Shown here one piece after another: positions 1-9,359 of a stretch of 64,000 nucleotides of DNA (positions are counted from its first letter, which is position 1; the number at the start of each line of letters is the position of its first letter). Origin of the DNA: an uncultured delta proteobacterium (GTDB taxonomy: Bacteria; Myxococcota; Myxococcia; Myxococcales; Anaeromyxobacteraceae); NCBI GenBank assembly GCA_963766715.1, contig CAVYBH010000011.1, positions 1 through 64,000 of the forward strand. Reading direction: 5' to 3'. Below the pieces are notes generated by a model, which saw only the letters and a list, made by a program, of their open reading frames with translations, was not told the DNA's origin and did not search any database. A program made the position numbers and the translations under genes.

Positions 1-2
1 AC

Positions 3-85
3 CCTGCCCTCGACCCCTGCCCCTCAGGGTGCCCTGCCGGGGGGGCAGGATTCGGGGCACCCCCGGTGGCAGGCTTGGGGGCAGG
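3..85. repeat. Array of CCTGCC hexamers: three direct and three inverted copies
   Basis: CCTGCC at 3, 16, 33; GGCAGG at 44, 68, 80. Confidence 0.6.
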
Positions 86-113
86 GATGCGCTCGCAACC
101 TCGCGGAATTCGC

Positions 114-260
114 GCTCCGGCCCCGCCTCCCGCCAGGCGCCGTGCACCCGAGGTGCGGGGTGCCATCCGCCCGACCCCTCCCCCCCACCACATTGTGGGG
201 AAGGGGTCGGGAGGCTGTCACCCAGGGAGATTTCATGAAGGCGGATGGCGGGGCCGGAGC
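114..260. repeat. Nested inverted repeats
   Basis: Perfect 14-bp IR 114-127/247-260 enclosing a hairpin 170-179/202-211 plus 183-188/195-200. Confidence 0.7.
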
Positions 261-291
261 TGGGGGTCAGCTGGAGTCGGAGGGGTCTGTG

Positions 292-320
292 TTGCAAAGC
301 ACCAGATGTGTCTATACACT
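292..320 (+). promoter_or_regulatory. Putative sigma70 promoter of the RHH-xis-int unit
   Basis: TTGCAA-17 bp-TACACT in an AT-rich patch upstream of ATG 373. Confidence 0.55.
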
Positions 321-372
321 GAGATAGTCATAACAAATACTCTCGAACGGAAAAGAAGGCGAGGGGAACGAG

Positions 373-708
373 ATGGCTTCGAAGAAGGCGAGGGAAAAGT
401 CGGAGGCGTTCGAGACGACGGAGAAGGTGATGCAGACGTTCCGGATTCCTCGGGAGCTCGTGGGGAGGCTCCGGGCAGAGGCGGACCGGAGGGGAATATT
501 CACCGCCTACGTCATCCGGGTCATGGGGGGCATCATCGGGGATTTCGGGCTGCCGGAGGTCGCGAGGGCCATCCTGGACGACGACCGCTCGGCGCTCGGC
601 ATGGACCGGGAGGCCTACCTCCTGCACCTGCTCTTCCAGCGGAGCCTCGCCGTCCGCGAAGAGGGGCCGGGGTTCGACGGCCCGAGGTCCCGGAAGAAGG
701 TGCGATGA
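373..708 (+). CDS. Small DNA-binding protein, ribbon-helix-helix/CopG-like
   Basis: MQTFRIPRELVGRLRAEADRRG beta-alpha-alpha pattern; GAGGGG SD; ATGA overlap with next gene. Confidence 0.6.
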   Translation: MASKKAREKSEAFETTEKVMQTFRIPRELVGRLRAEADRRGIFTAYVIRVMGGIIGDFGLPEVARAILDDDRSALGMDREAYLLHLLFQRSLAVREEGPGFDGPRSRKKVR

Positions 709-1085
709 AGCTGGGGGAAATCACCGAGTCGCGCCGGTTCGGCATGGTCACGATGTGGGTCTCGGCGACCGACGTCCGCCGGGCCCTGGGCTGCTCGCGG
801 GCGCTCGCCTACGAGCACCTGCGCCGGGCATCGCGGCGGCCACCGGGGGAGCGGGGGCTGCTCCGGGTCCCCCTCGACGTCTGGGAGCGTTACGCCAGGG
901 AGGTGCTGTCGTGCAGCGGATCTTCAAGCGAGGCCGGGTCTGGTACGGGTGGTTCTACGAGGACGGCCGGCGGGTGGTCCGGACCACACGCTGCCGCGAC
1001 CGCGCGGCGGCCGATCGGGTCGCCCGCCAGTGGGAGCTCGACGCCGCCGATCCGGATCACGCGGCCGCGCGAACCGCGACGCTGA
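705..1085 (+). CDS. Excisionase-like HTH protein overlapping the integrase 5' end
   Basis: VSATDVRRALGCSRALAYEHL...LLRVPLDVWERY resembles Xis/AlpA-type winged HTH; position directly upstream of int. Confidence 0.65.
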   Translation: MKLGEITESRRFGMVTMWVSATDVRRALGCSRALAYEHLRRASRRPPGERGLLRVPLDVWERYAREVLSCSGSSSEAGSGTGGSTRTAGGWSGPHAAATARRPIGSPASGSSTPPIRITRPREPRR

Positions 1086-2173
1086 CCGGCGCTGCAGCTC
1101 CTGCTCGCGCGCGACGAGGAGGAGGTCCAGGCCGGCCGGCGCGCCCCGACACGGTCGCCTTCCACCGCTCCAAGGCGGGCCGCCTGGTCCGCCTTTTCGA
1201 GACCGCCGACGGCGGAGGCCACGTCCCCTTCCCGCTCGTGCGGCTCCGCGCCGCAAACGTGGACGGCTACGTCTCCCGGCGGCGCGCCGAGGAGGTGACG
1301 GACGCCACCATCGCGAAGGAGCTCGTCGTCCTCCGGAAGTCGCTGCGCCTGGCCGTGCGCGCCGGCCTGTGGAAGGGACGGGTCGAGGAGGTCATCCCGG
1401 TGGCCTTCTCGGCCGGCTACGAGCCCCGGAACCGCGCGCTCACGGCCGGCGAGGTGGGGAAGCTCCTCCACGAGCTCCTCCCGGACCGCGCCGCGCGGGT
1501 GGCGTTCATCGTCGCCACGTCCGCCTGCTGGCGGGAGTCGGAACTGGCGCGACGCGAGGACACCGGCGAGGGGCTCGCGACGGTGCTCCTCCGCGGCACG
1601 AAGCGGAAGACGCGCTTCCGGACGGTCCCCATCGTCGACCCGGGCCAGCGCTCGCTGCTCGAGTACGCGGTCGAGCATGCGCAGGGGACCGGCGGCGCGC
1701 TCTTCCGCGTCTGGCGCAACGCGCGGCGCGACCTCCTCGAGGCCTGCGAGCGGGCCGGGATCGAGCGCTGCAGCCCGAACGACCTCCGGCGGACCTTCGC
1801 GAGCTGGCAGGTGGAGGCGGGCGTGCCGCTCTACCCCATCGCGCAGGCCATGGGGCATAAGGACACGCGGATGCTGGAGCGGGTCTACGGGCGCCAGACC
1901 CCGGAGCAACTCGCGGCGGTCATGGCGCGGGCGATGGGTTTGACGCAGGGCGTCTGTAGCACATTTGTATCAGCGCCCACGGAAACGGCGGATCCCGTGG
2001 ACGCAGTGGACGACGACGGCTCGAACGCCGCTTCGTCAGCGGCGTCCGAAAAGCAAAAGGCCCACCAGGATTTGCGTCCTGATGGGCCGGTGTCGGCTCG
2101 TGATGAAGAAGTGCCTGGACCCGGAATCGAACCAGGGACACGGGGATTTTCAGTCCCCTGCTCTACCAGCTGA
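911..2173 (+). CDS. int: Tyrosine recombinase / phage integrase
   Basis: GTG 911 after GGAGG; N-terminal arm-binding-like RGRVWYGWF; motifs CWRESE, GTKRK, PNDLRRT, MGH, RVYGR; probable compensating indels ~1090-1146. Confidence 0.9.
   Translation: MQRIFKRGRVWYGWFYEDGRRVVRTTRCRDRAAADRVARQWELDAADPDHAAARTATLTGAAAPARARRGGGPGRPARPDTVAFHRSKAGRLVRLFETADGGGHVPFPLVRLRAANVDGYVSRRRAEEVTDATIAKELVVLRKSLRLAVRAGLWKGRVEEVIPVAFSAGYEPRNRALTAGEVGKLLHELLPDRAARVAFIVATSACWRESELARREDTGEGLATVLLRGTKRKTRFRTVPIVDPGQRSLLEYAVEHAQGTGGALFRVWRNARRDLLEACERAGIERCSPNDLRRTFASWQVEAGVPLYPIAQAMGHKDTRMLERVYGRQTPEQLAAVMARAMGLTQGVCSTFVSAPTETADPVDAVDDDGSNAASSAASEKQKAHQDLRPDGPVSARDEEVPGPGIEPGTRGFSVPCSTS
2049..2088 (-). terminator. Intrinsic terminator downstream of tRNA-Phe, lying inside the int ORF
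   Basis: Minus strand GGCCCATCAGGA-CGCAAA-TCCTGGTGGGCC-TTTTGCTTTT, 12-bp stem. Confidence 0.8.
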
Positions 2174-2184
2174 GCTATCCAGGC
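2112..2184 (-). tRNA. tRNA-Phe (GAA); CCA not encoded
   Basis: GCCTGGATAGCTCAGCTGGTAGAGCAGGGGACTGAAAATCCCCGTGTCCCTGGTTCGATTCCGGGTCCAGGCA folds as a cloverleaf. Confidence 0.97.
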
Positions 2185-2223
2185 GTACAGCACGACCGCC
2201 CTTCCGGGCGACCGAGGGGGGCT

Positions 2224-2252
2224 GTTTTACGATCGCTCACCGGCGGACGCAA
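2224..2252 (-). promoter_or_regulatory. Putative tRNA-Phe promoter
   Basis: TTGCGT-17 bp-TAAAAC on minus strand. Confidence 0.4.
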
Positions 2253-2338
2253 GCCCGGAGCGATCCGGCGCCCGCCGGGGGGAAACTTCCGGCCCTGCCC
2301 CGGGTTGTACCTGCATCCCCCCTGGAAGGAAGGCTCCC

Positions 2339-2890
2339 ATGCGTCCCACGCTCCTCGCGTTTTCCGCCCTCGCCCTCACCCTCTCCGCCTGCGGCGGCTC
2401 CACCTCCGGCGTGAGCACCGCCGACGTCCAGCGCTTCGACACGGTCTCGCTCCAGATCGGGACGACGGCGACCGCGTACGGCACCCAGGCGGCGTCGATG
2501 CAGGACGTCGTGGCCTGTGACTCGATGCAGGCCACCTACGACGGGCAGGTCCGCCCCATGGTCGGCGTCCTCACGTCCATGGGCGGGCGGATGGATCGGC
2601 AGATGGACGGGCTGGGCCACATGTCCGACGGCGACATGGGCTGCAGCGCCGCCGCGATGCAGGCCGAGCTCGACCGGCACCGCGGCGCCGCCTGCACCTC
2701 GGTCGACCTGACCGTCGACCGGGCCGAGGCCGCCCGGCACGTGGCCGCGATGGGCCAGTGGTCGGCCCACGAGGCGGCGCGCGCCCAGGAGATGGGCGAC
2801 ATGATGGGCATGATGGGGGGCGGCTCCGGAGGCCAGGTCGCCGGCCATTGCCTCCGCAACGCCGACGGCAGCTTCACCTTCCAGCCCTGA
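2339..2890 (+). CDS. Met/Cys/His-rich lipoprotein, unknown function
   Basis: Lipobox LSAC; GAAGG SD; typical codon bias. Confidence 0.8.
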   Translation: MRPTLLAFSALALTLSACGGSTSGVSTADVQRFDTVSLQIGTTATAYGTQAASMQDVVACDSMQATYDGQVRPMVGVLTSMGGRMDRQMDGLGHMSDGDMGCSAAAMQAELDRHRGAACTSVDLTVDRAEAARHVAAMGQWSAHEAARAQEMGDMMGMMGGGSGGQVAGHCLRNADGSFTFQP

Positions 2891-2899
2891 CGCCGCCGC

Positions 2900-3663
2900 T
2901 CAGACCTTGGGCACGGCGGTGAGAACGGCCTTGCCGTCCCGCACCGAGACCTTGAACTCGACCCGCTTGGCCTTGAACCTGGCGGCGATCTCCGGGGTCT
3001 GCTTGTTCACCGTGCGCGCCAGCGCGTCGTAGCTGAGCCGGGAGACGTCCTCGTTGCAGCTCCTCTTCGCGGCCACGTAGGCCTCGAACAGCACGCGCAG
3101 CTCGGGCTCGGTCATGCTCGCCGGGGCGGGCGGGGCCGGAGGGGAAGGGCGGCGGCCGGGAGCGGCGGCGGGGCTCCTGCGGCGGTGTCGCGCGCCGGGG
3201 CAGGCGTCCGGTCGGGCGCGGCGGCGGCGGTCGCATCCGGCGGACCCGCCTTCCCCTTCGGCGCCTCGACCGCCTTGCGGCGGGCCTTCAGGACGTCGCG
3301 CCGGTAGGTGCCCTGCTCCTTCTCCCGGGACGAGCGCAGCCAGAGCCGCTCGTAGGACAGGTACCGGGCGTGAAGGGCCTGGATCCGGAAGCGGATGCCG
3401 GCGTTGCGGGTGAAGGCGTTCTTCAGCCGGGCGATGTTCCGCTTCAGGTCGTCGCGGCGCCGGGAGGGCTCCATCCGCTCGGCGCCGATGAAGTACATCT
3501 CGTACTTCACCTTGATCTCCTCGAGCTCCTCCTCGAGGGCGGCGGCCGCGTCGTTCAGCTGCTCGTTGGCGAGCCGCTCCTTGCCGCTCTCGAACTCGGG
3601 CAGGACGGTCCCCGGAAGGCCGCCGATGCGGGGAGCTCCGGGTTTCTTGGGGGGCAGCGCCAC
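2900..3663 (-). CDS. MXAN_5187 C-terminal-domain-like protein (frameshift in Pro/Ala linker ~3120-3170)
   Basis: ORF 3112-3663 (KVKYEMYFIGAERMEP) and ORF 2900-3115 (VEFKVSVRDGKAVLTA) look like the two halves of one myxobacterial protein. Confidence 0.65.
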
Positions 3664-3722
3664 GACGGGAGTCTAGCCCCCGATTCCGGCGACCGCCAAG
3701 CTTGCGCCGGGCCGGCTCGCGC

Positions 3723-4803
3723 CTACCCCGGAAGCGCCGCGACGGCCTTCCGGCCGAGCCGGCTGCCCACCACCCAGATGGCGACGCCGGCGGCGAAGAT
3801 GACGATCGACGTCCACTGCCCGGCCCCGAGCCCCTGGTACACGCCCCGTTCCACGTCGCCGCGGAAGGTCTCGGTGGTGGCGCGGAGCAGCGCGTAGAGC
3901 ATGAGCCAGGCCGCCATCACCTGCCCGTTGAAGCGCTTGCGGGGCCGCAGCCAGATGGCCAGGAAGGCGAAGAGCAGGAGCTCCCCGAGCGACTCGTAGA
4001 GCTGCACCGGGTGGATGCCCACGGTGTGGAGGTGGTCGGGGGAGATGTAGCGCCACGGGTTGGCCCGCGACGCCATCGACTGGAAGGCCAGCGACTCGGG
4101 CGGGAAGTGGGCCGCCCAGGGCAGCGTGTCGTCGCAGGCGCGCCCCCAGCAGCAGCCGGCGCTGAAGCAGCCGATCCGCCCCATGAACTGGCCGAAGGCC
4201 ACCGACGGGATGAGGGTGTCCGACCAGGGCAGGAACTGCGTCTTCTTCACGCGCAGGTAGAGGGCCGCCGCCAGCGCCGCGGCGATGAAGCCGCCGTAGA
4301 AGACGATCCCGCCCTCCCAGAGCGCGAAGATCCTGGGGATGCGGCCGATGCGGGTGACGACGATCGCGTTCGCGCCGAAGTAGTCGCCCCAGTTGACGAG
4401 GATGAAGTAGAGCCGGGCCGCCGATCAGCGACGAGACCAGGATCCAGAAGGAGAGGTCGCCCACGAACTGGGGATCCTGCCCCTGCCGCTCGGCCTCCTT
4501 CTGCGCGAGCCAGATGCTCGCCACGAAGGCCAGCGCCAGCATCACGCCGTAGGTGTGGAGCGGGAGCCGGATGTCCTCGGAGAGCACGCCGCTGCGCCAG
4601 GCGGCGACGAAGCCCACCAGGAGGACGCCCAGCACGCCCTTGTCGCTCCAGAGCGCCTCGCCCCAGGAGCCCGCCTTGCCTTCCTCGCGCGCGTGCCGCC
4701 GCCAGCCGACGGCGCGGGCGACGACGACGGCGAGCGCGATGCCGATCGCGACCACCCAGGTCCAGCCCGACGGGATCACGATCTGGAAGAGGATGGGCAG
4801 CAT
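3723..4803 (-). CDS. lgt: Prolipoprotein diacylglyceryl transferase (frameshift ~4420)
   Basis: LHTYGVML, GQFMGRIGCFSAGCCWG, HPVQLYES motifs. Confidence 0.93.
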
Positions 4804-5422
4804 CTAGGCGTGAACTCCGGCGGTGCCGCCGTTCTTCCCGGGCGACTTCGCGCGCTTCTCCCCGGGATGGAGGAGCAGCATGGCCACTCCCACCACGATG
4901 AGCGAGTCGGCCAGGTTGAAGATGGGCCAGTAGAGGTCGGGCCGGTTCCACCAGTGCCACTGGACGAAGTCGACCACGTAGCCGCGGAAGAGCCGGTCGA
5001 TGAGGTTGCCCACCGCGCCGGACATCACGAAGGCGATGGCCACCTGCATCCAGCGCTGGTCGGGCCGGAGCTTCCGGTAGTACCAGAGCATGAAGCCCAC
5101 GCGCGGTGAGCGACATGATCACGAAGAAGCCGTGGCGGAAGCCGGCGGGGAGGTCGCGGAGCATGCCCCAGGCGGCGCCCGGGTTCTCGGCGTAGGTCAT
5201 CCGCCACATGGGGTTCCACACCACGTGGGGCGGACGGCTCGTCCCCTCGAGGTGCTTCATCGTGTAGAAGGCCTCGATCCGCGCCCCGAGCGTGGTCGCG
5301 CCCACCCGGGGGAAGGCCCAGGTGAGCCGGTCGACCGCCAGGAACTTGGAGGCCTGGTCGCCCACCACCATCACCCCGAAGAGGACGGCGAGCAGCGTCC
5401 ACCTGGAAGGGCCGGCCCTCAC
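4804..5422 (-). CDS. lspA: Lipoprotein signal peptidase II (frameshift ~5100)
   Basis: DQASK, ENPGAAWG, GAVGNLIDR, VVDF, FNLAD; GTGA overlap with ileS. Confidence 0.93.
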
Positions 5423-8195
5423 CGGAGCGCCGCCGCGCACTTGGCGCACAGGGTCGGATGGGCCGGGTCGGCGCCGCGATCCTCGGCGTAGACCCAGCAG
5501 CGATCGCACTTCTCGCCCGGAGCCCGCTCCACCTTCACGGTGAGCGGACCCTGCGCGAGGACCACCTTGGAGACGATGAAGAGGGTGGGCAGCTCGGCCT
5601 GCGCGCTCCGGAGCAGCGCCAGCGTGTCCCCGTCGGCGGTCACGGTCACCTGGGCCTCCAGGCCCGAGCCGATGAGCTTGTCGCGGCGCGCCGGCTCGAG
5701 CACCTTCATGCACCTCGGCCCGCACCTCCAGCAGCTTGCCGTAGCGCTCGGTGAGCGCGGCGGCGTCGGCCGGGGGCTCCCGCCTCGGGAAGCCGGCCTC
5801 GAAGACGCTCCCCGGCGGCCGGCCGGGCAGGTACTTCCAGGCCTCGTGCGCCGTGAAGGAGAGGATCGGCGCGAGCATGCGGAGCAGGTCCTGGGCGATC
5901 AGGTGGAGCAGGGTCTGGGCGCTGCGGCGCGCCTTGCCGTCCTTGCGGGCGGTGTAGAGCCGGTCCTTCACCACGTCGAAGTAGATCGACGAGAGCGTCA
6001 CGCTCACCAGCTCGGTGGTGGCGTGGTAGGCCAGGTGGAACTCGTAGTCGGCGTAGGCCTTCGTCACCTTGTCCTGCCACTCGACCAGCCGCGCGTAGGC
6101 CCAGCGGTCGAAGGGCTCCATCTCCGCGACCGGCACGGAGTCCCGGGCCGGGTCGAAGCCGTCCAGGTTGCCGAGCGCCCAGCGCACGGTGTTGCGGATC
6201 TTGCGGTAGCCCTCGGCCAGGCCGTCGAGGATCTGGCCGGAGACCCGCACGTCGTCGCGGTAGTCGCTGGCCGCCACCCAGAGCCGGAGGATGTCGGCGC
6301 CGTACTTCTTGATGACCTCCTCCGGGGCCACCACGTTGCCCACGCTCTTCGACATGGCCCGCCCCTGCCCGTCGAGGACGAAGCCGTGGGTGAGCACCGC
6401 GTCGTAGGGCGCGGCGCCGCGGATGGCCATGGAGGTGAGCAGGGACGAGTGGAACCACCCGCGGTGCTGGTCGGAGCCCTCCAGGTACAGGCTGACCGGG
6501 ACCTGGCTGTTCGGCTCGCGCGCCGCCACCGCCGCCCAGGAGACGCCCGAGTCCCACCAGACGTCGAGGATGTCCTGCTCGCGCCGGAAGTCGGCTCCGC
6601 CGCAGCTCGCGCACTTCTCACCCTGCGTGAAGTGGGCCGGGGCGTGGCGGTACCAGGCCTCGATGCCCTCCTTCTCGAACTCGTCGGCCACGCGCCGCAT
6701 GAGCGCCGGGGAGACGAGCGGCTCGCTGCACTTCTCGCAGTAGAAGACCGCGATGGGCACGCCCCAGGTGCGCTGGCGGGAGAGGCACCAGTCGGGGCGG
6801 TGCTCGATCATGTTGTGGATGCGCTCGCGCCCCCAGCGCGGGATCCACTGGACCCGCTCGATCTCGGCGAGCGTGCGCCCGCGCAGCCCCTCGTGCTCGA
6901 GCGAGAGGAACCACTGGTCGGTGGCCCGGAAGACCACCGGCTTGTGGCAGCGCCAGCAGTGCGGGTAGCTGTGCCGGAGGGAGGCCTTGGGGTCGGAGAG
7001 CAGGTGGCCCGAGGCGTGGAGGTCGGCGACGATCTCGGCGTTGGCGACGAAGATGTTCTTCCCGGCGTACTTGCCGGCGGCGTCGGTGAAGACGCCGGCG
7101 CCGTCCACCGGGTTCAGGACCTCGAGGCCGTACTTCATGCCGACCTGGTAGTCCTCCTGGCCGTGACCGGGCGCGGTGTGGACGAGGCCGGTGCCGGCCT
7201 CGAGCGTCACGTGCTCGCCCAGGATCACGGGCGAGACGCGCCCCATGAACGGGTGGCGGTACTTCACGCCCTCCAGGTCCTTGCCCTCCATCGAGGCCAG
7301 GATCCGGGAGGGGTCGGCCGGCGCTCCCTCGGGCCCGAGCTCGTCCGGCGCGACCGCGGCGAGGAAGGTGGCGAGCAGGTCCTTCGCCACCACGACCACC
7401 TTCCCCTTCAGGTCGTAGGCGACGTAGACGAGGTCCGGGGTGCGCCGCCACCGCGAGGTTCGCGGGAAGCGTCCAGGGGGTGGTGGTCCAGATGACCAGG
7501 CTCGACGGGCGGCCGGCCAGCGCCCGGGCCGGGAGGTCGCCCACCACCTCGAAGGCCACGTGGATGGAGGGCGAGGTGTGGTCCTCGTACTCGACCTCGG
7601 CCTCGGCCAGCGCGGTGCGGTCGGTGGTGCACCAGTAGACCGGCTTCTTGCCGCGGGAGAGGAAGCCCTTCTCGGCCACCGCGGCCAGCGCGCGCACCGT
7701 GTCCGCCTCGTAGCGCGGGTTCATGGTGGCATAGGGCGCGTCCCACCGGCCGAACACGCCCAGCCGCTTGAACTCCTCGCGCTGCTTGTCGATCCACTTC
7801 CCGGCGTAGGCGCGGGCGGCGGCGATCACCGCCGGGCGATCCATCTCGCGCTTCCTCGAGCCGAGCTCCTCGTCGACCTTCCGCTCGATGGGCAGGCCGT
7901 GGCAGTCCCATCCCGGCTGGTAGTCGGCGACCTCGCCGGCCATGTTCCGGTACTTGACGATCAGGTCCTTCAGGATCTTGTTGAGGGCGTGGCCGATGTG
8001 GATGTGGCCGTTCGCGTACGGGGGGCCGTCGTGGAGGACGAAGAGCTTCCCGCCCTTCGCCGCGTTGCCCGCGACCAGCCGCTCGAAGGTCTTCTCCGCC
8101 TCCCACTCCTTCAGGATCTCGGGCTCCCGCTGGGGCAGGTTGGCCTTCATCGGGAAGTCGGTCTTGGGGAGGTTGACGGTATCCTTGTATTCCAC
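5419..8195 (-). CDS. ileS: Isoleucine--tRNA ligase (frameshifts ~7440, ~5710)
   Basis: [38 protein letters not shown]-terminal CDRCW...CAKC zinc finger. Confidence 0.97.
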
Positions 8196-8317
8196 GTCCG
8201 CTCTCGTCTCTCTTCTCGGGGGGATCCGGGGTTCTACCAGCGCGGAACCGGTGGGGCAACGAACGGTTCGGCGCATCCTTGCGACCCCCCGGATCGCATC
8301 GTACGCTCGTCGGGATC

Positions 8318-9310
8318 ATGGCCAGGAACGGATCGCAGCGCGCCGGCAAGGCGCCACGGCGCGCCCGCGCACCGGCGCCTCCGGGCGGCCGGCTGACCCT
8401 CGCCATCCTCTCGCGGAATCCCAAGCTCCACTCCACCCGCCGCCTCGTCGAGTCGGCCCGCGCGCTGGGCCACCGGGCCATCGTCCTCGACACGCTCCAC
8501 TGCAACATGGTGCTGGCGCGCGAGCGCCCGTCGATGTTCTACCGCGGCGAGGAGGTCGGGCCGATCGACGTGGTCATCCCGCGCATCGGCGCGTCGATCA
8601 CGTCGTACGGGCTCGCGGTGGTGAACCAGTTCGACATGATGGGCGTCCCGGTGCTGGCGTCGTCGGTGCCCATCGCGCGCTCGCGAGACAAGCTCCGCGC
8701 CCTCCAGCTGCTCTCCCGCTTCGGCCTCGACATCCCGCGCACCGCCATGTGCCGCTACCGCGACGAGGTGGCGCAGGTGGTGGAGCACGTGGGCGGCCTG
8801 CCCTGCATCATCAAGCTCCTGCAGGGCACGCAGGGGGTGGGCGTGATGATCGCCTCCACCATGGACGAGGTGCAGGGGATGCTCGACACCTTCTGGGACC
8901 TGGGCCAGGAGATCCTCCTGCAGGAGTTCGTGGCCGAGTCGAAGGGGCGCGACCTGCGCGCGCTGGTCATCGGCGACCGCGTGGTCGCGGCCATGCGGCG
9001 GCAGGCCCGCACCGGCGAGTTCCGCTCCAACATCCACCGCGGCGGCAAGGCGCGGGCGGCGGTGCTCCCGCGCGAGTACGCCGAGGCCGCGGTGAAGGCG
9101 GCGCGCGTCATCGGCCTGGAGGTGGCGGGCGTGGACATGCTCGAGTCCCGGACCGGGCCCAAGATCATGGAAGTGAACAGCTCCCCGGGGTTCGAGGGGC
9201 TGGAGCGGGCCACCCGGAAGGACATCGCCCGGATGTACGTGGAGCACGCCGTCGAGCTGGCCCGGTCCCGCGGGGCCGGGCGCGACGGACTCCAGGCCCG
9301 GGTTCGTTGA
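8318..9310 (+). CDS. rimK: RimK-family alpha-L-glutamate ligase (ATP-grasp)
   Basis: VIPRIGASIT, SRDKLR, GTQGVGV, FRSNIHRGG, EVNSSPG. Confidence 0.9.
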   Translation: MARNGSQRAGKAPRRARAPAPPGGRLTLAILSRNPKLHSTRRLVESARALGHRAIVLDTLHCNMVLARERPSMFYRGEEVGPIDVVIPRIGASITSYGLAVVNQFDMMGVPVLASSVPIARSRDKLRALQLLSRFGLDIPRTAMCRYRDEVAQVVEHVGGLPCIIKLLQGTQGVGVMIASTMDEVQGMLDTFWDLGQEILLQEFVAESKGRDLRALVIGDRVVAAMRRQARTGEFRSNIHRGGKARAAVLPREYAEAAVKAARVIGLEVAGVDMLESRTGPKIMEVNSSPGFEGLERATRKDIARMYVEHAVELARSRGAGRDGLQARVR

Positions 9311-9359
9311 ATCGGGGGGCGGCCCCGTCCGTCCCCATGTCACGCCCTCGAGGACCACC

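Larger units (their letters stand above)
1..2184. mobile_element. End of an integrative element (prophage/satellite/ICE-like) inserted at tRNA-Phe; continues left of the window
   Basis: RHH-like + excisionase-like + tyrosine integrase genes abutting and overlapping the 3' end of tRNA-Phe; other att copy not in window. Confidence 0.85.

Noticed and set aside
3723..8195. Programmed frameshifting or pseudogenes in ileS, lspA, lgt
   Set aside because: Essential genes, no slippery-site pattern, and the same indel type occurs window-wide; sequencing error is far more likely
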